Origin: Schmidtea polychroa | Taxonomy: Eukaryota | DNA: 64,000 nt | Assembly: GCA_044892525.1 (NCBI GenBank) | Contig: CM097885.1 | Span: forward strand, 191,394,001-191,458,000 | Direction of reading: 5' to 3' | Shown: positions 52,801 through 64,000 of the stretch, piece after piece | How positions within the stretch are numbered: position 1 is the first letter of the stretch | Layout of the letters: the number at the start of each line of letters is the position of its first letter | Notes under the pieces: model-generated | What the model saw: the letters and a program-made list of their open reading frames with translations, nothing else | What the model was told of the DNA's origin: nothing | The model's database searches: none | Translations under genes and position numbers: made by a program

Positions 52801-52970
52801 AACAAGCTGTGATTGGTATTTTACCAACATTTTACCTAGTATATAATTTAATTTTAATTGTATTTTTAATATATTATTGTTTAATTCCAATGATAAGTTT
52901 AAATAGTCTTTAATGATTAATAAATTAATATCTTGAGAATTTAAAAAACTTTACTTAAAATTTTTGAAGT
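49864..52970. other. Central non-palindromic spacer with internal tandem duplications
   Basis: Arm homology stops at 49863 and 52971. Contains ~180-bp duplications (about 49990-50300 and 51590-51910), a ~60-bp array and a ~20-bp array (about 51960-52090). Confidence 0.75.
50815..51130. repeat. ~60-bp tandem repeat, about 5 copies
   Basis: Unit approximately ATATATTCCCATCTTATCTGATCTCTCATTAAATCTAACCGACTATATCCCCTTAAAAATC. Confidence 0.88.
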
Positions 52971-54208
52971 ATTATTTTTATTGTAGATTGCTGACTTTGA
53001 TAATTGTAATGAATTTATACTGATTTTTTGAATATATTGAGAAATCAGTCAATCAATTTGAGTACATGTATTACTTTTAAAAAAATAATTAAATTTAATT
53101 TTATTTAAATTAATTTATTCAATCTAAATCAATTATCTACTAGATCTTATTTCAAAATTCTTATTAATTTATTATCTTAGTTGATTCATATTAACTTGAA
53201 TGATCAATGACTAGAATTTAAAGTTCTTTCTTGTCCATTAATTATATTTTTTTAATTTAGTATATTTTGAATAATTTAAATTTTTACAATAATTTAATCA
53301 ATTTTTACCAAGTTATTGATGCCTTGAGTTCAAATATCTTAAAAGTGCCTTGAGTTCAATTAATTTTTCATCTAATTTTTTCAAGTGATGAGTATTTGCT
53401 TTTAAAGATCAATTTGTTAGTACATAGTTGTTGCTTGTAAGTAGTTGGTTGACTTTTTAGATTTTGATAAGAAAATAGTGTATGCGATGAAGAATAATTT
53501 TTTTTATTTAATTGCTATTATTTTTATGTGTTGTTAGTTGATTGTTGGTACTAAGTTGTTGGTTTCTTGTATTTGGTAGTTGGTACAGTGTTGTTAATTT
53601 CTCGATGGGTTTTGATGGTGGTTGTTAGTACATGGTATCTAGTTGTTAGCTGATTGATAGTAACTACTTAATGGGTAGGTGGGGGGTTGAGAGTTACCAA
53701 TACCCCTACGACTAGTACCCTTACGACTAATACCCTTACGACCAGTACCCTTAGGGGGTCAAAACATCCTGTCGGATAAACTCAGAGTATATATAATAAA
53801 ACTGATCAACAATAAGTATTTATTGAATGCGATTTTTACATTGCAATAATAAGTTATCATTTAAAAGAAGAATGTTTTGTAAATTAGAATTCATTAGTCT
53901 TTCATTGTAATTAAAATTATTTTGAATTCCACGTGGTGATGAGTTGTGGTTTTTTGATGAAAATCAACATTTTTGTTAAATTTGAAAAGGTTTTCTAATG
54001 ATTGTAATTAAATATATTTTTGAAGATAGATAAAAAATTAATTTAAAAGGCATTTCATAAAATACAGTGAAGAATATTTAGTAGTTAGTTGTAAGTATCT
54101 GGTTGTTTGAGAGTTAGTTAGTACGTGGTATCATGGTGTAAGTATTTGTTAGCACCTAGTTAAAAAATAATCAGTAACCGATTGTTGGTAACTGTTGAAT
54201 TATTAGTA

Positions 54209-54211
<3 letters not shown>

Positions 54212-54270
<59 letters not shown>
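54212..54270. repeat. (TTA)~20 microsatellite; mirror copy (AAT)~10 at 48527-48556
   Basis: Read directly. Confidence 0.95.
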
Positions 54271-54271
<1 letters not shown>

Positions 54272-54584
54272 CATTTAAATTTCCATTTAAATTTTCATTA
54301 TAAATTACATTTCTCAAAAAAGTTGGTGGTTATTCAATCTTTTGATAATAAATTTAAAAATCTTACTTTAATTTACTTATTTAGCTTTAATTTAAAATTT
54401 GAACCATTGGATACTTAATTTTAAATTTTGAACCATTGTTTTCTTTAATTTAAAATTTTTAACTTTAATTTACTTATCCTTAATTTACCTAATTATTCTT
54501 TATTTCTTAATTTTACACCATAATTTACTTAACAACTAAATATAATCCTTATTTTCATATTTAACCAATAATTTCATGTGGTCT

Positions 54585-55800
54585 TCTGGTTGTAAGTGTT
54601 TGGTATCTAGTTGACAGTGCTTAGTACTAGGTAAGTTACTTGGTTGTTAGTACTTGGTTGATAATGCTTAGTACCTGGTTGTATGTACTTGGTAGGTGGT
54701 AGTTAGTTGTTAGTACTTAATGCTTAGTAGTTGGTAACTGGTTGTTAGTACTTGGTAGGTGGTAGCTAGTTGGTTGTAGGTACTTAGTAGTTGGTAGCTA
54801 GTTGAGTGTTGGTTGTAGCTAGTTAATGGGTAACTGGTTGTTAGTATCTAGTTGTAGGTACTTGGTAGGTGGTAGCTAGTTGTTAGCTAATTGTTGTGGG
54901 TTGTTGGTACTTAGTAGTTGGTAGCTAGTTAATGGGTAGGTGGTAGCTAGTCTGTTGTAGGTACTTAGTAGTTGGTTGATAATGCTTAGTACCTGGTTGT
55001 TGACGGTTGTTAGTACGTGGTATCTAGTACCTAGTTGGTTGGTTGTTAGTACTTAGTATTTAGTTGGTTGATAATGCTTAGTACCTGGTTGATGTTGGTT
55101 GTTAGTACTTGGTAGTTGGTTGGTTGCTGTTAGCTGGTTGTAGGTACTTAGTAGCTAGTTAATGGGTAGGTGGGGGTTGAGAGTTAGTTAGTACGTGGTA
55201 TCTAGTTGTAAGTACTCGGTAGCAGGTAATTGGTTGTTAGTATCTAGTAGTAGGTATCAGGTTGATGTTGGTTGTAGGTACTTAGTAGTTGGTAATTAAT
55301 GCTTAGTACTTGGTTGTTGTTGGTTGTTAGTACTAGTTAGGTGGTAGTTAGTTGTTAGCTGGTTGTTGTCGGTTGTTAGTACTTGGTAGGTGGTAGTTAG
55401 TTGTTAGTACTTGGTAGGTGGTAGATAGTTGTTAGTACTTGGTACCTAGTTGGTTGCTTGTTTTTGGTTGTTAGTACTTGTTAGGTGGTTGTAGGTACTT
55501 GGTAGGTACTTAGTAGTTGGTAATTAATGCTTAGTACTTGGTTGTTGTCGGTTGTTGGTACTTAGTAGGTGGTTGTAGGTACTTAGTAGCAGGTAACTGG
55601 TTGTTAGTACTTGGTATCTAGTACCTAGTTAGCTGGTTGTAGCTAGTTAATGGGTAGGTGGTTGTAGGTACTTGGTAGTTGGTAACTGGTTGTAAGTATC
55701 TGGTTGTTTGAGAGTTAGTTAGTGCGTGGTATCTAGTTGTAAGTACTTGCTATCAGGTAACTAGTTGTAGGTATCTGGTTGGTAATACATGTTCGTAAGT
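54585..55800. repeat. Satellite D, right arm (G/T-rich strand)
   Basis: Uses the reverse-complement vocabulary of 46190-48030 in a different word order and length. Confidence 0.9.
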
Positions 55801-55859
55801 TATTGGTTGTTGGTACTAACTTGTTGATTTGTTGTTGAATTATTATTAAAATTTGTCTT

Positions 55860-56680
55860 TGAAAAATATTTCATAAAAATTTTCATTAAAAATTATCATT
55901 GAAAAATATTTCATAAAAATTTCCATTAAAAATTACCATTGAAAAATATTTCATAAAATTTTCTATTAAAAATTACCATTGAAAATTTTCATTAAAAAAT
56001 TTCAATTCTCAAACACCTTCAACTTTTTGTAATTAAATTTTAAAATCTTACTTTAATTTACTTATTACATTACTTTAATTTACTTATTTAAAATTTTTTT
56101 ACCATTGATTACTTAATTTAAAAATTTGGACCATTATTTACTTTAATTTAATTTTTAGAACCTTAATTTACTTTAATTTAAAAATTTGGACCATAATTTA
56201 CTTTAATTGAAAAATTTGAACCATAATTTACTGTAATTTAATTTTTTAGAACCATAATTTACTGTAATTTAATTTTTTAGAACCATTATTTACTGTAATT
56301 TAATTTTTTAGGACCATAATTTACTGTAATTCAAAAATTTTGACCATAATTTACTTTTAATTTAATTTTTTAGGACCATAATTTTTTGTAATTCAATTTT
56401 TAGGACCATTATTTACTTTAATTGAAAAATTTTGACCATAATTTACTGTATTTGAAAAATTTGGACCATAATTTACTTTAATTTAATTTTTTAGGACCAT
56501 AATTTACTGTAATTCAAAAATTTTGACCATAATTTACTGTAATTTAATTTTTAGAACCATAATTTACTTTAATTTAAAAATTTGGACCATTATTTACTAT
56601 AATTTAATTTTTAGAACCATAATTTACTTTAATTTTAAAATTTGGACCATTATTTACTTTAATTGAAAAATTTACCACGT
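55860..56680. repeat. Satellites C and B, right arm
   Basis: Reverse complement of 45556-46180 with more B units. Confidence 0.88.
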
Positions 56681-58765
56681 TTTTTAGTGTAGACCACCTA
56701 TTTCTCAGGACCAAGGAGACTCACCTCACTATAGTCTGAAAATTCCTTGGCTTTTTTAGTGTAGACCAGCTTTTTGTATTGAAAATATCATGAGACCTTA
56801 AATTACCATGCTTTTTTAGTGTAGACCACCTATTTCTCCGGACCAAGGAGACTCACCTCACTATAGTCTGAAAATTCCTTGGCTTTTTTAGTGTAGACCA
56901 GCTTTTTGTATTGAAAATATCCTGAGACCTTAAATTACCATGCTTTTTTAGTGTAGACCAGCTTTTTGTATTGAAAATATCCTGAGACCTTAAATTACCA
57001 CGTTTTTTAGTGTAGACCACCTATTTCTCAGGACCAAGGAGACTCACCTCACTATAGTCTGAAAAATCCTTGGCTTTTTTAGTGTAGACCATCGTTTTTG
57101 TATTGAAAAAATTTTATTTGTATTGAAAATCCCAGGACCATCGAGACCCCCTCACTATAGTGTGAAAATTCCATGCTTTTTTAGTGGTAGTCGGATTTTT
57201 GTATTGAAAATATCCTGAGACCTTAAATTTCCACGTTTTTTTAGTGTAGACCACCTATTTCTCAGGTCCAAGGAGACTCACCTCACTATAGTCTGAAAAA
57301 TCCTTGGCTTTTTTAGTGTAGACCACCTATTTGTATTGAAAATATCCTGAGACCTTAAATTACCATGCTTTTTTAGTGGTAGTCGGATTTTTGTATTGAA
57401 AATATCCTGAGACCTTAAATTACCACGTTTTTCTAGTGTAGACCACCTATTTCTCAGGACCAAGGAGACTCACCTCACTATAGTCTGAAAAATCCTTGGC
57501 TTTTTTATTGATAGTAGGATTTTTGTATTGAAAATATCCTGAGACTTTAAATTACCATGCTTTTTTAGTGTAGACCACCTATTTCTCCGGACCAAGGAGA
57601 CTCACCTCACTATAGTCTGAAAATTCCTTGGCTTTTTTAGTGTAGACCAGCTTTTTGTATTGAAAATATCATGAGACCTTAAATTACCATGCTTTTTTAG
57701 TGTAGACCACCTATTTCTCCGGACCAAGGAGACTCACCTCACTATAGTCTGAAAATTCCTTGGCTTTTTTAGTGTAGACCAGCTTTTTGTATTGAAAATA
57801 TCATGAGACCTTAAATTACCATGCTTTTTTAGTGTAGACCACCTATTTCTCCGGACCAAGGAGATTCACCTCACTATAGTCAGAAAATTCCTTGGCTTTT
57901 TTAGTGTAGACCAGCTTTTTGTATTGAAAATATCCTGAGACCTTAAATTACCATGCTTTTTTAGTGTAGACCAGCTTTTTGTATTGAAAATATCCTGAGA
58001 CCTTAAATTACCACGTTTTTTAGTGTAGACCACCTATTTCTCAGGACCAAGGAGACTCACCTCACTATAGTCTGAAAAATCCTTGGCTTTTTTAGTGTAG
58101 ACCATCGTTTTTGTATTGAAAAAATTTTATTTGTATTGAAAATCCCAGGACCATCGAGACCCCCTCACTATAGTGTGAAAATTCCATGCTTTTTTAGTGG
58201 TAGTCGGATTTTTGTATTGAAAATATCCTGAGACCTTAAATTTCCACGTTTTTTTAGTGTAGACCACCTATTTCTCAGGTCCAAGGAGACTCACCTCACT
58301 ATAGTCTGAAAAATCCTTGGCTTTTTTAGTGTAGACCACCTATTTGTATTGAAAATATCCTGAGACCTTAAATTACCATGCTTTTTTAGTGGTAGTCGGA
58401 TTTTTGTATTGAAAATATCCTGAGACCTTAAATTACCACGTTTTTCTAGTGTAGACCACCTATTTCTCAGGACCAAGGAGACTCACCTCACTATAGTCTG
58501 AAAAATCCTTGGCTTTTTTATTGATAGTAGGATTTTTGTATTGAAAATATCCTGAGACCTTAAATTACCATGCTTTTTAGTGTAGACCACCTATTTCTCA
58601 GGACCAAGGAGACTCACCTCACTATAGCGTGATAAATCCTTGGCTTTTTTATTGATAGTAGGATTTTTGTATTGAAAAATTTTTTTTTGTATTGAAAATC
58701 TCAGGACCATCGTTTTTGTATAGAAAAAATTTTTTTGTATTGAAAATCCCAGGACCATCGAGACC
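56680..58765. repeat. Satellite A, right arm, expanded, with a 1013-bp higher-order duplication
   Basis: Identical ORF-track peptides at 57278-57463 and 58291-58476 (offset 1013). Modules begin TTTTTTAGTGTAGACC. Confidence 0.92.
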
Positions 58766-59229
58766 TTATTATCTTATTACCTCCCCTTGTCTTATTATCA
58801 CCTTTCTTACTAATACTTGTTACTATTATTTATACTTTTGCTATTGTCTCTACTATTACTGTTATTGTTAATATTGTTGTTGTTATTACTATTGTTATTA
58901 CTATTATTATTTTAATTATTATTATTATACATATCATCATCTATAAATACGGTACCGAGTGTCAATCACCGAATAGGTTAATGTAGGAACCCTTGTAGGG
59001 GTTCTGCCTATTTGGTGGTCTTTTTAGTTGTTTATATTAATATTATAATAATCTCTACTATACTATTGATACTATTATTTTCATTACTAATATTCTAATA
59101 CTACTATATCATCCGAACCTTCAACTCCTTTTAATGTATACTATAATAAGTAACTATCACTGCGCTATAAACCTCGCGGGGGAGCCTTCCTGCTCCAACT
59201 TTTACATGTATTTAGGAGAATCCCGGAAC

Positions 59230-59570
59230 ATATCAACTGCTACCTGATCTCTCCTATCATACAATATAAGAACGTCCCGTGTGCAATCAATCTACTCTAT
59301 CATCACACCGAGACCTGCTTCAATCACAACCGAATTCACTCCTACGATCAAATCTCGGAAAACATCAACTACTACCTGACCTCTCCTATAAGAAAGTCCC
59401 GTGTGCAATCAATCTACTCTATCATCACATTGAGACCTGCTACAATCACAACCGAATTCATTCCTACGATCAACCCTCGGAAAACATCAACTACTACCTG
59501 ATCTCTCCTATCACACAATATAAGAACGCCCTATGTGCAATCAATCTATTCTATGTGACCTGCTACAAAA
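59230..59570 (+). repeat. ~120-125-bp tandem repeat, about 2.5-3 copies, in the right-arm-specific segment
   Basis: Recurrent GTGTGCAATCAATCTACTCTATCATCACA...GAGACCTGC...ATCAACTACTACCTGA. Confidence 0.8.
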
Positions 59571-59937
59571 AATCTATATCCTTATCTATATATAAGTATA
59601 CCAAAGCATTACCTTATCTACAATCAGTCTATCTCCTATCTATACGAGACATGGCTGATCAAACCTGTGATTAGCCGTGTTTATACCTACTCTTCTCAAA
59701 GATGCCTACCTATAAATGTTGAATGAGACTTCAGGAGCTTCAAAATGGAACCCAGACCACAAGCCAGACTGAAGGTTTCAAAGAAAAACACGTTAGATGA
59801 AGGAGTATTGCACTCTAACATCCACAGAGTATTGAATAAAAGCAGCAGACTACATAAGGGTGAGAATCGATCTCCCCTTCCTGGCCAGGTGGCCCTAGAC
59901 ATTTAGTTAAAATAAAATTTGATTTTTTTTTTTTTTT

Positions 59938-60010
59938 TGAAAAATTGCGTAATCAAAAGTTGCAGCAAAAAAAGTTGCAGCAAAAAAAAAGTTGCAGCAG
60001 AACCCCCCCC
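59938..60010 (-). repeat. Right 73-bp terminal inverted repeat
   Basis: Partner of 44803-44875, followed immediately by TGAGGCT. Confidence 0.95.
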
Positions 60011-60305
60011 TGAGGCTGTAATTAAAAGAATAATTAAATCCTTCAATATATCTCAATTTGACTAACTAAATCTGACTAATAAAATACTCCATTGGACACT
60101 GGCTTCGTTGTACATTATCAGAAATTAAATCATAAAAATAGAAACCGGAGCCCATTATTTCTCATGCAATTGTCACCAAGTATCACTAAAATTCTCGAAG
60201 CGAACCAAATAAGGAGTTGCTGCTTCTTCTCTGTGAAATGGTTCACTATTTGTCACTAGACAATGTTTGAAAATGTGATTGGGATAGGAATAGAAAGGCA
60301 ATTGC

Positions 60306-63300
60306 TTATTGTAATTGTAAATTAAATGAATGTTTAAAGAGAAGTTTCACTTTTATTAGAGCGACTAATACTAACAGTTCAGGAACTAAGCAAAGAAAAT
60401 TGAGACTGCATATATCTTCTAAAAGAATAAGTGCGTGCTCAGATGGGACTTTCACCACTTTCCTCAGACCTTCTCGCATATAAATGAATGACAACGCACT
60501 TAAGTTGACATGCAATATGGCCACAACCTCCAATAATATTGTTTGCAATTAATATAAATGCTAGATTATACGTTTTGATAGTTTTGTAAGTTTTTTTTGC
60601 TATGTCATTTTATCATTTCTTGCTTCAGTTGTCAAGGAAAAGCTGATAGAATAAAAAGAAATCAAAAATAAAATATTTCATTTGCTGTTATCCAAAATAT
60701 TTCAACATAGAAATGGGTAAAATAAAATATCAAATATTTGTGTACTGACCAGTTAATAAGTAGTATACAAATATGAAATTTGTTGAAAATTAATTTTTTT
60801 TTGAAAATCTTTTTCATTATTTTTATTAATTAGCCAAAATTAAAGTTGAGCATACCAGCAGAAATTTTTAAGGTTGTATTGTGCATCTTGCGGAATTTTA
60901 TAACTTTGAAAATTCAATTGCAAAAATTTAGCATACCGTTGGCCTATCATCTGGATATACTAGCATACTCAAATTTGTTTTTAAGGTACAAATTTGTTAT
61001 TTCTTTATCATCAACACAAGTATCTTGTGAGAGATCTTTTTCAAAGTTAAAATGTTTAAGTCAAAAATATTTGGAGGCATTTATGCTTATGGCGTGCGAA
61101 AAAGATATTCTAAATAACATTGACAATAGAGCAATTGATATAATGAGAGAAAAAAGAGTAATGTTAAAAAAACTTGTTTAATTTTAATAATATTTATTTA
61201 ATTATTTATTTAATTGATTTTTGTTACAATTATTAATAAACTTATTATTATAATAAATATATTTATAAATTACAAATGTACTTTTTTGATATTTTTTTTC
61301 TTAAATTTAATATTGTGGGCCTACGTCACCGATATTTTCCGATGTGTTTCCAGTCTAGCCCTGATTATAGTTATATAAATTTTCGTTAGTTTTAATATTT
61401 TGTGAAATGTTAAGCGTGAAAATACTTTTTTGATAAGCAGCGCTTGATATTCATTGTCTTTTGTTGTCGCAAACGTTCACTAGCAGTTACTGATACTTAA
61501 TGAGTAATAGATCAAATCATATTTTTGCACACAAAAATTGATCTTAATCATTATGCAAACAATCATAAAAATTCATCTCGATAAATGACTCACTTGATTG
61601 ATCACAATTATTAATTACAACATTCGATCATATAATAAATTATTACAAGAACCAATCAGATTCGATTCACATGATCCAATCACAGTTTGAATAATGGCGG
61701 AAACATTTTGCCATCTCTAAATTATGTTGAATTTTTAAAAATTGTAGATATATTTCTTTCTAATGAAATTGTTGATTTATGTTATATTGTTCTGTAGGAT
61801 ATTGGATAATCTCATTAATTGTCATCCCTTCATATCCATTTGTTCATGTGTTCATTTGTTCCCAAAAATGTCAATATTTTTAAATAAATTGTCAATTTAT
61901 CATTTCTTCATTGAGGTTGTAATTAAGGGAATAATTAAATCCTTCAATATATTTCAATTTGACTAAATCTGACCTAAAAAATACTCTATTGAACACTGGC
62001 TACGTTGTACAATGACAGAATTTAGAAATATACCTCGTCATATTCCTCCAATATCCCTGAAAATTGTGCAACGTAAAAAAATCAGTTGATTCTTCTACAT
62101 ATCGTATCAGTTGTTCTTCATTTTCAGGTCGCATTGTCATCACAGTACTTTTTCATTTGGAAAACAAATTTTCTATCGGGTTCAGAAATGGCGAAGAGGA
62201 TGGTAGAAAAAGTAATTTAAAATTCGTATTATTAATCAAACACGAAACTTCTCTGCAATGATGAAACCTTACATTATCCTTTATAAAAATTCCGGATTTA
62301 ATATTTTTTGAGTGAAGCAACTCAATAAACCTCATAAAACCTCGCGAAATTTCACCATGTTTTATGATGTTTTTGTAACAACCTTGAAATACTCCCCAGA
62401 AACAGACATCGCTGCACAAATAGATAAATTTTTATTCCTTTTCGACGGAACTCGCATCATTGCTTCTTTTCCAATCAAAGCTCTTCCACCACACCCTAAT
62501 CGTTGAAAAAATAAAGTTCCTGTCGAGTTTGCTGCGCATTGCATATTTCATCGTCAGCATTAGGTTGTAAAATATCTGAGTGAACGCCTCCATAAATTAG
62601 ATGAATGTTTAAAGAGAAGTTTCATTTTTATTAGAGCGACTAATACTAACAGTTCAGGAACTAAGCAAAGAGAATTGAGACTTCATATCTTCTAAAGGAA
62701 TAAGTGCGTGCACAGATGGGACTTTCACAAGATATTTTTTAAATCAAATGTTAGAAGTTTCTAAAATTCAATAAAAATTAGAAAATTTGAGTTTGCAAAT
62801 GTGAATAACTGCTAAGAAAGTTACTGACTGAATCTTCCATATGCTTTGAAAAAAATAAGATTTTCAATAAATGCGTGAGAAACAAAAATAGAGGTTGCTG
62901 TAATCTGAATTGGATTAGAAACATTAAGTTCTGCCACAATGTCACTCTACACGCTGTGATGGCTCATTCAAAGCTTCAGTAAACATGTCACCTTCAAGTT
63001 ATTATTAATAACCATCTCTAGATTTACATTTACTCAAGCGCATTATTATGTACCATACAACTTTTATTGCTCACCGTTTCAGTGATTTAACCACTTTCCT
63101 CAGACCTTCTCGCATGTAAATGAGTGACAACGCACCTAAGTTGACATGCAATATGGCCACAACCTCCAATAATATTGTTTGCAATTAATATAAATGCTAG
63201 ATTATACGTTTTGATAGTTTTGTAAGTTATTAGCATTTGCTATGTCATTTTATCATTTCTTGCTTCAGTTGTCAAGGAAAAGCTGATAGAATAAAAAGAA

Positions 63301-64000
63301 ATCAAAAATAAAATATTTCATTTGCTGTTATCCAAAATATTTCAACATAGAAATGGGTAAAATAAAATATCAAATATTTGTGTACTGACCAGTTAATAAG
63401 TAGTATACAAATATAAAATTTCTTGAAAATTAATTTTTTTTTGGAAAAACAGTATTTTAATTATTACCTCTGGTTTTAAATTCATAAAAACCACTCGATA
63501 TACCTTTTCCAATATTTTATTACTGAGAATAACTCATCACCTACTTGCCCAATAGCCATCGAATTGATACTAAAGGAAATAAAAGTCTACAGCTCATGCA
63601 ATTATTACGTATGGTATAAAGTCGATTTAAAGGATTACCTGATAAGTTCACTAAGCATCTACAATGGCGGACAAAAGTTTACAGCAATACGTATTTTTGA
63701 TGAAAATAAATTATTTATAAATTAATTACAATTAGTATTTAATTAGCAAATGTTTGTGATGCAACCTACTCTAAATATAGAATTTAGAAAAAACAATTGC
63801 AGCTAATCTAAGTGTGATTTTTCCTTGCTGTTTTTATTATTTATATTTTGTTGTTTCTGCTCATTGATCGAAAACGCAAACTTTAAGGTCTAAAATAATG
63901 ATCTTACAGAGTGAAAAATATACAGAGGGGCAAGTAGCATCGAGATTAGAAGTGCACTTATCAATTGCCCATCGTGCAGTTTCGAGATTTAATTATCTTT
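60306..64000 (+). repeat. Head-to-tail copies of the composite TE-fragment cassette
   Basis: The block at 60306-60830 recurs at about 62590-63430. In between lie a hAT fragment and terminus (to about 61365), the AT-rich repeat and the Tc1 fragment (about 61990-62520, -). Confidence 0.85.

Larger units (their letters stand above)
44760..60010. mobile_element. 15,251-bp satellite-built palindromic (foldback-like) insertion, unclassified, no recognisable protein ORF
   Basis: TGAGGCT is duplicated at 44753-44759 and 60011-60017. 73-bp TIRs; mirror arms 44803-49863 and 52971-60010. An empty site lies at 61901-61940. Confidence 0.8.

Noticed and set aside
54182-54418. Poly-Leu ORF that looks like a signal or transmembrane peptide
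   Set aside because: It is the translation of the (TTA)n microsatellite.
56680-58765. CRISPR-like look of satellite A (constant leader plus variable tail)
   Set aside because: The tails are a few recurring variants, not unique spacers. There are no cas genes, the context is eukaryotic, and the array is mirrored in the other arm.
44760-60010. Assignment of the giant element to Galileo/P or to a canonical Polinton
   Set aside because: The termini lack the CA...TG ends of P-superfamily elements. No PolB, integrase or capsid ORFs are present, and the left end is asymmetric. Left unclassified.

Overview
AT-rich eukaryotic, probably metazoan, DNA (it carries an LMO-type LIM exon fragment). I see no intact host gene, rRNA, tRNA or CRISPR. 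Bases 1-44.7 kb and 60-64 kb are a nested transposon graveyard: pogo, Tc1, mariner, several hAT subfamilies, a complete mini-Helitron and amplified composite cassettes. Three hAT-type insertions have exact 8-bp TSDs, with empty sites visible in the window for two of them. Three structures are not explained by ordinary TE decay. (1) A 15.25-kb palindromic insertion with no recognisable protein ORF (44760-60010): 73-bp terminal inverted repeats, a 7-bp target-site duplication, mirror-image arms built from four different satellites and a 3.1-kb spacer. (2) An open 244-codon ORF (37230-37964) fusing in-frame fragments of three unrelated host genes (LMO-type LIM, Rab1, proteasome alpha-6) just downstream of GC-rich hairpins. 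(3) A ~4-kb block of unknown decayed genes (27.9-31.9 kb) with diverged paralogous pieces at 35.8 and 43.3 kb. Protein assignments come from motif recognition only; no database search was run. Coordinates of decayed repeats are approximate.
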